Of a DNA stretch of 64,000 nucleotides, positions 1 through 8,282 are shown piece after piece. Source of the stretch: Deltaproteobacteria bacterium (lineage in GTDB: Bacteria; Desulfobacterota; Syntrophia; Syntrophales; Smithellaceae). The DNA lies in assembly GCA_036528635.1 (NCBI GenBank), contig JAIGNE010000024.1, positions 133,079-197,078 on the forward strand, read 5' to 3'. Positions within the stretch are counted from its first letter, which is position 1; every line of letters begins with the position of its first letter. The notes under the pieces were generated by a model. That model saw only the letters and a list, made by a program, of their open reading frames with translations. It was not told the DNA's origin and did no database searches. The translations under genes and the position numbers were made by a program.

Positions 1-554
1 AAGTGCATCGTTCCGACTTCAGGCTCCTGGTTGCTACAAACCGTGATTTGCGCAAAGAAGTTCAGGCCGGACGTTTTCGCGAGGACCTTTATTACAGAAT
101 AAACGTCTTTCCGATTCAGGTGCCGCCCCTGCGTGAGCGTAAAGAAGACATTCCCCTTCTGGCGCATCATTTTCTGCGGATCTATGCCGAGAAGTTCAAC
201 AAGGTCGTGGACAGGATCGCCGTGCGGGAAATGGAAAAATTGGTCGCCTACAGCTGGCCTGGTAATGTCAGGGAACTGGAAAATGTCATTGAGCGCGGCG
301 TCATCCTGAGCAAGGGATCGGATTACTGTGTTCCCGAACTGGGACAAATCCTTTTAGATCAAAATACCGCACCTGTCTCTGCCAGCCTGAAAGAAAATGA
401 ACGCAGCCACATTTCGTCCATCCTGAAAATGACCCGCGGAAAGGTCAACGGACCGGGAGGTGCGGCGGAAATTTTAAAAATTCATCCGAACACGCTCCAT
501 TCGCGGATGAAAAAGCTCGGTATTCGGACCCGGAAAACAGACGATATTTCGTAA
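1..554 (+). CDS. sigma-54-dependent transcriptional activator (enhancer-binding protein), C-terminal fragment; the 5' end lies upstream of the window
   Basis: Frame 3 reads LLVATNRDL..FREDLYYRINVFPIQVPPLRERKEDIPLL..WPGNVRELENVIERGV, the C-terminal part of the AAA+ sigma-54 interaction domain. A Fis-type HTH follows (GGAAEILKIHPNTLHSRMKKLGI). Stop codon at 552-554. Confidence 0.9.
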   Translation, partial: VHRSDFRLLVATNRDLRKEVQAGRFREDLYYRINVFPIQVPPLRERKEDIPLLAHHFLRIYAEKFNKVVDRIAVREMEKLVAYSWPGNVRELENVIERGVILSKGSDYCVPELGQILLDQNTAPVSASLKENERSHISSILKMTRGKVNGPGGAAEILKIHPNTLHSRMKKLGIRTRKTDDIS

Positions 555-569
555 TATACGATATTTCGT
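541..569 (+). repeat. two tandem copies (17-bp period) of a 12-bp box ACGATATTTCGT with palindromic arms ACGA/TCGT; candidate activator binding site (UAS)
   Basis: acgatatttcgt occurs at 541-552 and again at 558-569. The first copy overlaps the stop codon of the activator gene. The pair lies about 80-105 bp upstream of the -24 element at 647. Confidence 0.5.
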
Positions 570-646
570 CATAATAACCCCCTCCAAATTCCTTCCCTTT
601 GATTCTATGTATTTAAAATACCACATGATTATTCTTTTATCCTGCC

Positions 647-663
647 TGGTATGAAAAGTGCTT
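647..663 (+). promoter_or_regulatory. sigma-54 (-24/-12) promoter upstream of the GRE gene
   Basis: TGGTATGAAAAGTGCTT has GG at 648-649 and GC at 660-661, the canonical GG-N10-GC spacing of TGGCAC-N5-TTGCW. It sits about 37 nt upstream of the ATG at 700 and directly downstream of an activator gene. Confidence 0.7.
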
Positions 664-699
664 ACTCTGTTCATCAAAATATGATTCGGAGGAAGCTTT

Positions 700-3204
700 A
701 TGATGACAGACAACCCTAACCGCTTATTTTCTATTCAACCTACAACGCGATTCGAGAGGCTTCGGAACCAATACATGGCGTTTTCGAGCCGACCTTTACC
801 TTTATACAGCATCGATGTCGATCGGATTATTACCCGGGTCATGCGGGACACTGAAGGAGAGGCGATGATCCTGCGCCGGGCAAAGTCATTTGCCGCTGTG
901 GTTTCCGAAGTGCCGATCGAAATCTTTCCTGATGAACCGTTTGTGGGATGGATATCCGGAAGGCCTGATGCGACCCTGCTCTGCGCGGAGCAAAAAGGAG
1001 GTTTCCTGGAAAAGGAAGTGGAAGCTATACCTACGATGAGCCCTGAAGACAAGAGGATCGTCCGGGAAGAAATCATCCCATACTGGCGTGGAGACGGCGG
1101 CTACCGCAGGAGTCGAGTCCGCCAGGCCTATGAGAAATACCCCCCTGAATTGCGCAAGCTTCTTTACGAGATCGAAGACCCATCGGGTGAATTGTCCGCA
1201 ACCATCACGAAGATGAGGGTCCCCGGAATTCCGTTCGTAAAAGTCAATGACGCCGCAGAGATCTCGCCCATAGGCGTCATCGGGGAGCTGATGAGCCATC
1301 ATCACATCGGCCACTGCTGCCACGGCTATGAGAAGATTTTGCAGAAAGGTTTTCTGGGAATTAAAGAGGATGCGGAGAAACGGCTGGCGAGGATCGATCC
1401 GTTGAATCCGGAGGATTTGCGAATTCAATCGTTTCTGGAAGCCGTCATCATAGCAATGGATGCGGCAGCCGGGATCGGGCGTCGGTTTGCGGCGTTGGCG
1501 CGGAAAAAAGCCGCTGAAGAAACGAACGCCGAACGGCAGGCGGAACTCAACGAGATCGCAGCGGTCTGTGATCAGGTTCCGGCGCTGCCTGCCCGTACAT
1601 TCCGGGAGGCGATGCAGTCGGTGTGGTTCTCTCACATCTTGCACTGGTGGGAAACACCGCTGTGCAGGGCCGTATCTCCGGGGAGAGTCGATCAATACCT
1701 CTTCCCCTTTTATAAGAACGATCTCGATTCGAATCGGATGTCCGTCGAGAAAGCGCAGGACCTGATCGACTGCTGGCTTTTGCGAATGACGCAGGATGCC
1801 GCTGCGTTTGTGGCGGAAAGCGGCGATGCCCACCACATCGATCTCGGCGGATACAAGGCGGACGGGAGCGATGCCGTCAACGAACTTTCGTATATGTTCC
1901 TCGAGGGAATGATGCATTCGCGGTTGAATGAACCCAATCTCGGCGTTCTTGTTCACGGCAAAACGCCGGACAAATTCCTCATCAAGGCGTGCGAACTGGC
2001 GTCGCTGGGATTCGGCCAGCCGATGTTTTTGAATGCGGACGTTTTCGTCGAGAATATCCTCGCCCGGGGGACCCTGGGCGGACCCCCGGTGCCGCTTGAA
2101 CTGGCGCGCATGAGCTGCGCCATCGGATGCAACGAACCGCACATCACCAATTACGAATCGGAATATCAGACGGGAGGAACCCTTAGGATGCCGGCCGCTC
2201 TTCTGCTGGCTCTGTCCGACGGCTGGAATCCCAACAAGCAGTTGCAATTAGGGCTTAAAACAGGAGATCCGCGGACATTCGCCTCCTTTGAAGAACTTCA
2301 GGAGGCGTTCCGAAAGCAGATGTCCTATCTGGTGAAAATGTGCGCAGTTGCCATTAATATCAATGAACTTATCCTGGCCGATGTCTATCCAACGGCTTAC
2401 CAGTCCGCCCTTATTGAGGATTGCATTGAGAAAGGTATCCCCCGGGAGGAGGGAGGGGCCCGCTTCAACTTCGGTCCCTGCATCGCGACAATCGGTGTGG
2501 TGGATGTGGCCAACTCGCTTGCCGCCATAAAGAAACTCGTTTTTGAAGAAAAAACGGTTTCCATGGATCAGCTCCTTGCCGGTTTGGCCGCGAACTTCAA
2601 AAATGACGACCTGCTCCGGCAAAAACTGCTGGCCGTTCCCAAATTCGGAAACAACGACGATTACGTCGACGACCTCGCCGTCTGGGTCATGAAGATCTTC
2701 TGTGAAGAAGTCGCTTCGCAGAAGAATACGCGGGGCGGTCATATGATGCCTTATCAGAATCCGCTGGGATTATACGTTCCCTATGGATCGCTTACGCCGG
2801 CAATGCCGTCGGGGCGAAAGGTCGGAGAACCTCTTTCCGACGGCATTTCTCCCACCATCGGCAGCGACGTCAGCGGTCCGACGGCGGTGATCCAATCGGT
2901 CGGAAAGATTGATACGATCAGACTTTACCACGGCCAGTCCCTGAATATGCGGCTGGATAGCAGTGTTTTCCGGGAGAAAGCCGGCATCGGCAGGTTTGTT
3001 GCGCTCATCCGGACTTTCCTCGATCAGAAAATCCATCACATTCAGTTAAACCTTGTCTCGAATGAAATTCTGAGAGCAGCGCAGGAAAAACCGGACGATT
3101 ACCGGGATCTGGTCGTCCGGGTTGCCGGGTATTGCGCCTATTTTGTACAACTTCGGAAAAAAGTTCAGGACAGCATTATTGCCCGGACGGTCCATGGAAA
3201 GTGA
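700..3204 (+). CDS. glycyl-radical enzyme, PFL2/glycerol-dehydratase-like family, substrate unknown
   Basis: 834 aa. The C-terminal glycyl-radical motif VVRVAGYCAYFVQL places Gly810 at codon 3127-3129. The putative thiyl Cys477 (2128-2130) lies in AIGCNEPH, with Glu479 two residues later. The N-terminus resembles GRE eliminases (RFERLRNQY..ILRRAKSF..DEPFVGW). A GGAGG Shine-Dalgarno lies 7 nt upstream. Confidence 0.93.
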   Translation: MMTDNPNRLFSIQPTTRFERLRNQYMAFSSRPLPLYSIDVDRIITRVMRDTEGEAMILRRAKSFAAVVSEVPIEIFPDEPFVGWISGRPDATLLCAEQKGGFLEKEVEAIPTMSPEDKRIVREEIIPYWRGDGGYRRSRVRQAYEKYPPELRKLLYEIEDPSGELSATITKMRVPGIPFVKVNDAAEISPIGVIGELMSHHHIGHCCHGYEKILQKGFLGIKEDAEKRLARIDPLNPEDLRIQSFLEAVIIAMDAAAGIGRRFAALARKKAAEETNAERQAELNEIAAVCDQVPALPARTFREAMQSVWFSHILHWWETPLCRAVSPGRVDQYLFPFYKNDLDSNRMSVEKAQDLIDCWLLRMTQDAAAFVAESGDAHHIDLGGYKADGSDAVNELSYMFLEGMMHSRLNEPNLGVLVHGKTPDKFLIKACELASLGFGQPMFLNADVFVENILARGTLGGPPVPLELARMSCAIGCNEPHITNYESEYQTGGTLRMPAALLLALSDGWNPNKQLQLGLKTGDPRTFASFEELQEAFRKQMSYLVKMCAVAININELILADVYPTAYQSALIEDCIEKGIPREEGGARFNFGPCIATIGVVDVANSLAAIKKLVFEEKTVSMDQLLAGLAANFKNDDLLRQKLLAVPKFGNNDDYVDDLAVWVMKIFCEEVASQKNTRGGHMMPYQNPLGLYVPYGSLTPAMPSGRKVGEPLSDGISPTIGSDVSGPTAVIQSVGKIDTIRLYHGQSLNMRLDSSVFREKAGIGRFVALIRTFLDQKIHHIQLNLVSNEILRAAQEKPDDYRDLVVRVAGYCAYFVQLRKKVQDSIIARTVHGK

Positions 3205-4141
3205 GAACGTCATCCATCGGGACAAAATGAACTCCATGCAAGGTCTCGTAGCGAATATTGAACCCTTTGCGATTTACGACGGCCCCGGCATCCGCACCGT
3301 CGTCTTCATGAAGGGGTGTCCTCTGCGGTGCGTGTGGTGCTCTTCGCCGCATACGCAGAATGGGGTCGTGGAGGTCCTGAACGATACGGAGAAATGCAGG
3401 AAATGCGGAACCTGTATCGAGGTCTGCCCGAAGAAAGCCGTGCAAAGGTCGGAAGAAGACGTGATTTGGATTGACCGAAAGCTTTGCGACGGCTGCGGGC
3501 TGTGTGCGGAAAATTGCGCCTATCAGGCATTGGAAATGTCGGGAAAACGTTACACGGTGGATGGGCTCTTCCATGAGATCGAAAAAGACATTCCCTTTTA
3601 CAGGCGTTCCAACGGCGGGGTGACCGTCGGGGGAGGTGAACCTGCCATGCAACCGGATTTTGTCACGGCGTTTCTGAAGCGGTGTCAGGAGCAGCATATC
3701 CATACCGCCATGGAAAGTTGCGGTCTTGCCCCGCAGACGATATGGACGTCGATCATCGATCATCTGGACCTCCTTTATGTCGACATCAAGCAGATGCGGG
3801 AAGATATCCACAAAAAGATAACCGGCGCTTCGAACCGCCAGATTCTGGCCAATGTGCAAACGGCGGCTGAAAGAGTTCCGCTCATTCTTCGCATTCCGGT
3901 CATACCGGGGTTGAACGACGATCAGGACAATTTGGCCCGGACGGCGCAATTTGCCGGAACTTTAGGACGCAACCTGATGCGCATCGAGCTTCTGCCGTTT
4001 CACCATCTGGGGGAAGATCTTTATCGTAAACTCGGCAGAGACTATCCCCTTACAGATGTCCATGCCCCAACGGAGGAGAGGATGTCCGATCTGAAGAAAT
4101 TCATGGAGACCTTCGGCTTGAACGTACAGATCGGAGGCTGA
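3194..4141 (+). CDS. glycyl-radical enzyme activating protein (radical SAM, with two extra ferredoxin-like 4Fe-4S motifs)
   Basis: The radical-SAM cluster motif is CPLRCVWC, preceded by DGPGIRTVVFMKGC. Two further motifs are CRKCGTCIEVCP and CDGCGLCAENC. I chose the ATG at 3194 (MESENV), which overlaps the GRE stop by 11 nt. The track ORF starts at 3122. Confidence 0.92.
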   Translation: MESENVIHRDKMNSMQGLVANIEPFAIYDGPGIRTVVFMKGCPLRCVWCSSPHTQNGVVEVLNDTEKCRKCGTCIEVCPKKAVQRSEEDVIWIDRKLCDGCGLCAENCAYQALEMSGKRYTVDGLFHEIEKDIPFYRRSNGGVTVGGGEPAMQPDFVTAFLKRCQEQHIHTAMESCGLAPQTIWTSIIDHLDLLYVDIKQMREDIHKKITGASNRQILANVQTAAERVPLILRIPVIPGLNDDQDNLARTAQFAGTLGRNLMRIELLPFHHLGEDLYRKLGRDYPLTDVHAPTEERMSDLKKFMETFGLNVQIGG

Positions 4142-4276
4142 AACGATGCCGGGAAAGAGACAAGTGCATCAAGCTCTTTTCCACGGATTTGCCGGTAAAA
4201 CAGACAGGCTGTTCATTTCATGTCATGCCCGACGGTGTTGCGTTCGGCATACAAATAAAGGAGGGAGAGGTTTGGT

Positions 4277-4420
4277 ATGTATCAGTTTAATAGAATGAAG
4301 TCAGTATTGGTGCTGGCGCTTGCCCTGTTTCTCGTTTTCGGCGTTTTACCCGCCACGGCTGCGCCCAAAAAAGAAAAAGCGGAAATAAAAAATGATAAAG
4401 AGAAAGGTGCGGAAGAATAA
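4277..4420 (+). CDS. small secreted Lys/Glu-rich peptide (47 aa), hypothetical; below the ORF-track size cutoff
   Basis: The ATG at 4277 is preceded by AAGGAGGGAGAGG 6 nt upstream. The translation is MYQFNRMKSVLVLALALFLVFGVLPATAAPKKEKAEIKNDKEKGAEE. This gives a signal-peptide-like N-terminus with an A-x-A site and then a charged tail. The TAA stop ends 1 nt before the ligase ATG. Confidence 0.5.
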   Translation: MYQFNRMKSVLVLALALFLVFGVLPATAAPKKEKAEIKNDKEKGAEE

Positions 4421-4421
4421 A

Positions 4422-6140
4422 ATGAATTTGGAAGAATTGAAGAAAGAATTCGAGAACGATGCCCCCCATGTGTTGCTTAAACTCTATGAATGGGCGGTGA
4501 AGCAACCGAATAAGAAATTTCTCTATTACGGAGAAGAGAACCAGTATATTACCTATACAGAATTCAATGAAATCACTAACCGGATTGGCAATTCCTTACG
4601 TTCAATGGGGGTAGTCAAGGGTGACCGCATTTCCCTTCTCCTGTTCAATCCCCTGCTGACTGTGTCGGCAATGTTTGGCATTTGGAAAGCCGGGGCGATC
4701 TTCAGCCCGATCAATTTCAACTACAAAGGCCGATTGCTTTCGCATCAACTCAACGATACGGCGCCCAAATACCTGATTGCCGAGCAAGCGCTTTTCCATC
4801 TTCTCAACGACGTGAAAGACGACGTCGGCGCCCTGAAGGTCATTACAAGGATACCCAAACCTGGCGAGCATGACTACAGAGACGACCTGGCCCATGTGGA
4901 ACTCGATCATAAATATGAACAATTGCCCTACGATGACCTGCTAAAAGGGGATACCGCCGATTTGAATACGGAGATTAATTATTGGGATACGGCAAACATC
5001 ATTTATACGTCCGGAACGACAGGACCGGCGAAGGGCGTTGTTCAGTCTCACCGCTGGATGGCGCAGTATACGCTTAATCTCCGAAGATTATTCCATCCCG
5101 ATGATGTTCTTTACAATGATCTTCCCATGTATCATGTGGGCGGCGCCATCAGCAATTTTGTGCGGGTGGTCTGGGCAGGGGGCGGCATTGCCATGTGGGA
5201 TAAGTTCAGCCCCAAGGAATTCTGGAACAGGATTGAAGCCGGGAGGGCCAATGCTACGACGCTTCTGGATGTGATGGTGCCCTGGCTGATGAATGCGAAG
5301 GAATCCCCGCGGGATCGTTATAATGCACTGAAGATGGTCCATATGCAGCCCCTGCCGCAATATCATAACAAGGTGGCAAAAAGGTTCGGCATTGATTTCA
5401 TCTCGGGCGGTTACGGCCAGACGGAAGCGGGAAACGGCTTTGTCGGGATGTTCGATGAATTGGAGGAAAGTGAGGGCACGCCCAAGGAACTTTACAAAGG
5501 ATATTCGAAAGAGCACATCCGGGAATCGTTGAAGAAGTGGGGGTATCCGCTCTTTTCCGGAAAAGACGAAATTAAAAAGGGCCTGATGGGGCGCTCGGTC
5601 ATCCTGGAGCCGGCCGTTCTCGGCGAACATGATGAAGAATTGGGGCCGGGACAGTACGGGCAACTTTGCTTCCGCAGCCGCGTACCGTACTCAATGTTTG
5701 ATGGTTATTTCAACAAGCCGGAAGCAACGGTCAAAGTCTTCCGGAACCTCTGGTTTCACACGGGAGACGCCTGCTACAAAGATGAGAACGATATTTACTA
5801 TTTTGTCGACAGGATGGGTGGCTTTATCCGGACCAAGGGAGAAAACATCTCTTCCTATCAGATTGAGGACATCATCAACAGCCATTCGGCGGTCCAGATT
5901 TCTGCAGCCCTGCCGATTCCTGCAGAGGACGGGGAGGAAGACGACATCGTCGTGTATGTCGTTCTGAACGAATCGGCGGAACTCTCGGAAGAAAGTCTCA
6001 GAGCCTGGCTTAAGACAGAGATGCCGCGGTTCATGTGGCCCAAGCATGTCCGGTTTATTGATGCATTGCCCAGTACGGCCACCAATAAGATCGAAAAATA
6101 CAAGCTGAAGCAAATGATCCTCTCCGAGTTAAAGAAGTAA
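4422..6140 (+). CDS. AMP-dependent synthetase/ligase (acyl- or aryl-CoA ligase family)
   Basis: The AMP-binding signature IIYTSGTTGPAKGV is present, along with GYGQTE and the C-terminal FHTGD..GRxxD-like and ..TATNKIEKYKL motifs. I chose the start MNLEEL at 4422. The track ORF starts at 4392. Confidence 0.88.
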   Translation: MNLEELKKEFENDAPHVLLKLYEWAVKQPNKKFLYYGEENQYITYTEFNEITNRIGNSLRSMGVVKGDRISLLLFNPLLTVSAMFGIWKAGAIFSPINFNYKGRLLSHQLNDTAPKYLIAEQALFHLLNDVKDDVGALKVITRIPKPGEHDYRDDLAHVELDHKYEQLPYDDLLKGDTADLNTEINYWDTANIIYTSGTTGPAKGVVQSHRWMAQYTLNLRRLFHPDDVLYNDLPMYHVGGAISNFVRVVWAGGGIAMWDKFSPKEFWNRIEAGRANATTLLDVMVPWLMNAKESPRDRYNALKMVHMQPLPQYHNKVAKRFGIDFISGGYGQTEAGNGFVGMFDELEESEGTPKELYKGYSKEHIRESLKKWGYPLFSGKDEIKKGLMGRSVILEPAVLGEHDEELGPGQYGQLCFRSRVPYSMFDGYFNKPEATVKVFRNLWFHTGDACYKDENDIYYFVDRMGGFIRTKGENISSYQIEDIINSHSAVQISAALPIPAEDGEEDDIVVYVVLNESAELSEESLRAWLKTEMPRFMWPKHVRFIDALPSTATNKIEKYKLKQMILSELKK

Positions 6141-6256
6141 CGAAGGAAAACGGAGTTAGCCCTTGATGGATCAGAATCTTGATCACTGCAAGGGTAAGAA
6201 CAGTTGGGGAGAGTAAGTTCGTACAGAAACAAAAATAAGAAAGGATAAAGAAAGAA

Positions 6257-7765
6257 ATGAAAAAGAACTTTAGGATTTTGACGTTTTTTGTAGCGGTGTT
6301 TTTTATTTTGTCGATCGTGGCTATTTGTCCATCGACTCCCTTTGCCGCCAAGCCGGCAAAAACCGAAAAGACGGTTAAGGCGGATAAGGCGGATAAGGCA
6401 GTCAAAGGATCTATGGCTGACAAATTTCCTAAGCCCGCCGCGGCTTATGATGTCACCAAAATGGGGGATATGTCGGACTTTGATCCGGCCACTTATGTTC
6501 CGCCAAAAGGCGACACGATTAAAATTGCTTATCTCAATTCGTTCTCCGGACCGGGCGCGATCAACGGCCAGATCCATCTGGCGCCCATTATTTTCGCCGC
6601 GCACGATATCAATAAGCGCGGGGGCATAATGGTCGACGGTAAAAGAAAACTGATCGAGGTGATTGCAGCGGACACCATGACCAAGGCGGATCAGACAAAG
6701 AAGATCTGTGAACGGCTGGTTTTGCAGGATAAGGTTCATGTTCTGATGGGGACGTCGGGAAGCCATCTGATGAAAATCATCAATGAAGTTGCCAATAAGT
6801 ACAAAGTGATTGCCTTGAATGAAAGCTCTTTATCGGTCGATCTTATGGATGCCACAAATTTCAACCGTTACTCTTTCATGGCCTCTCCCGGTTCGGATCA
6901 GCTCGGGCGCTCAATGGCTTATTACTATGGGCAGATCCGGAAGAAGGAAAAGAAGTTTTACATCATCTGTCAGGACTATTTATTCGGCCATGACATGGCG
7001 GATGGATTTAAGAAGGGGCTGAAAGAATACTACCCGGAAGCGCAAGTCGTGGGTGAAGATTATCACAAGCTTTTCCTGACGGACTTTGCTCCATACTTGG
7101 AAAAGATTAAAGCCTCCGGCGCCGAGGTCATTTACACGGGCGACTGGGTTCCCGATTCCAGTACCCTTTTGAAACAGGCCAGACAAATGGGAATTAAGTT
7201 GCCCTTCGCCCAGGCATTTATGAGCGAGCCCAATTCTCTCCAGGAGGTTGGCGTTGAAGGGACTAGAGGCCTTGTCCACATCGATCTCTATGATATGCCC
7301 GTGCCTTTTAAATTCTATCCCCCTTACATTAAATTTTACAAGGCATGGAACGATCAGTGGAAAAAATGGAAGACCCTTCCCTACAATAGTCCTTTGTTTG
7401 AACATGGTACTTCTGTCATCGGCCTTTACGGACAGCATGCCTACTGGCTTTTCAGTGTCATCGAAAGGGCGGGAAGCACGGATCCGGAAAAAATTATCAA
7501 GGTTTGGGAAGGGGACACCTATCGCTATGCCAACGGGTCGATTGTGAAGATGAGAGCCTGCGATCATAGAGCCATCCAGGACTTTTCCATCACGGAATAT
7601 GTGCCGCCCGAACAGCAGAAAGTGTCCATGACCATTCCCCCCTATTATTGGCACAAAGGGTCTTCTTTTAACGGACCAGCCTGGTTGATTCCGGCTGAAA
7701 AAGTCCTCCCGGGAATGGATCAGAAATTAAATCGATGTGCCGGCAAGAACGATTGGGGTGAATAA
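6257..7765 (+). CDS. periplasmic substrate-binding protein, LIV (type I) family, unusually long (502 aa), with no adjacent permease or ATPase
   Basis: A signal peptide (MKKNFRILTFFVAVFFILSIVAICPSTPFA) is followed by a Lys/Ala-rich linker (AKPAKTEKTVKADKADKAVKG). The body is LIV-like (IKIAYLNSFSGPGA..AAHDINKRGGI..). Confidence 0.8.
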   Translation: MKKNFRILTFFVAVFFILSIVAICPSTPFAAKPAKTEKTVKADKADKAVKGSMADKFPKPAAAYDVTKMGDMSDFDPATYVPPKGDTIKIAYLNSFSGPGAINGQIHLAPIIFAAHDINKRGGIMVDGKRKLIEVIAADTMTKADQTKKICERLVLQDKVHVLMGTSGSHLMKIINEVANKYKVIALNESSLSVDLMDATNFNRYSFMASPGSDQLGRSMAYYYGQIRKKEKKFYIICQDYLFGHDMADGFKKGLKEYYPEAQVVGEDYHKLFLTDFAPYLEKIKASGAEVIYTGDWVPDSSTLLKQARQMGIKLPFAQAFMSEPNSLQEVGVEGTRGLVHIDLYDMPVPFKFYPPYIKFYKAWNDQWKKWKTLPYNSPLFEHGTSVIGLYGQHAYWLFSVIERAGSTDPEKIIKVWEGDTYRYANGSIVKMRACDHRAIQDFSITEYVPPEQQKVSMTIPPYYWHKGSSFNGPAWLIPAEKVLPGMDQKLNRCAGKNDWGE

Positions 7766-7770
7766 ATAAA

Positions 7771-7845
7771 TGATCTGACGTGCTGTGCGGGGAGGATGGT
7801 CCGCGTTCATGCTCCCCGTGCAGCCAACCGACTCCGGTCAGATCA
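7771..7845. terminator. long hairpin between convergent genes (possible bidirectional terminator)
   Basis: The inner 13-bp stem pairs gctgtgcggggag (7782-7794) with ctccccgtgcagc (7812-7824), including 2 G-T wobbles. The outer arms are tgatctgac (7771-7779) and gtcagatca (7837-7845). There is no clear U-tract. Confidence 0.45.
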
Positions 7846-8277
7846 TTCGACAACGGTAATGTGATCGCCGACGGTGATTACGCCCTCGGACAAAACGCGG
7901 ACAAAAATGCCCTCCTTCGGCATGACACAATCACCGACGGCATGATAGATCGCGCAAGGCGCCAGGCATGTTTTGCCAATTTGGGTGATTTCCAGAAGGA
8001 TATCGTTGCCGATCCTGATTTTTGTACCGACGGGGAGGGTATAGAGTTCGATGCCTTGTGTGGTCAAATTTTCGGCAAAATCGCCATACTGGACATTCAG
8101 ACCTTTTTGCCGGATTTTTTCCACGCTTTCAGCGGCGAGCAGGCTGACCTGACGGATGGCCATGCCGATATGGGCGTCATGTTCCAGACCCTGGTTGACC
8201 AGAGCGCGCGCCGCTCCGACATTGTGTTTCTTTTCACCTTTATGGTCACTGATGTTGACGGACAGAATTTTTCCCAT
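7843..8277 (-). CDS. MOSC domain-containing protein
   Basis: 144 aa. The sequence MGKILSVNISDHKGEKK..GDFAENLTTQGIEL..IGKTCLAPCAIYH is typical of small stand-alone MOSC proteins. Confidence 0.8.
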   Translation of the reverse strand: MGKILSVNISDHKGEKKHNVGAARALVNQGLEHDAHIGMAIRQVSLLAAESVEKIRQKGLNVQYGDFAENLTTQGIELYTLPVGTKIRIGNDILLEITQIGKTCLAPCAIYHAVGDCVMPKEGIFVRVLSEGVITVGDHITVVE

Positions 8278-8282
8278 GATCG

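Noticed and set aside
886-2247. 453-aa ORF antisense to the GRE gene, together with other internal antisense ORFs at 735-1076, 1460-1765 and 2248-2742.
   Set aside because: It mirrors a confidently assigned gene. Its composition is Arg/Pro/Gly-rich and low-complexity, and it has no Shine-Dalgarno. These are typical shadow ORFs of moderately GC-rich coding DNA.
6160-6194. Nested hairpin CCCTTG..GATCA-gaatct-TGATC..CAAGGG after the ligase stop.
   Set aside because: The stems are short (6 and 5 bp) and no U-tract follows. It may be an intercistronic stability element, but the evidence is too weak to call a terminator.
5858-6766. 302-aa minus-strand ORF spanning the ligase 3' end, the intergenic region and the binding-protein 5' end.
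   Set aside because: It crosses two well-supported plus-strand genes and an intergenic spacer. I recognise no motifs in it, so it is a shadow ORF.
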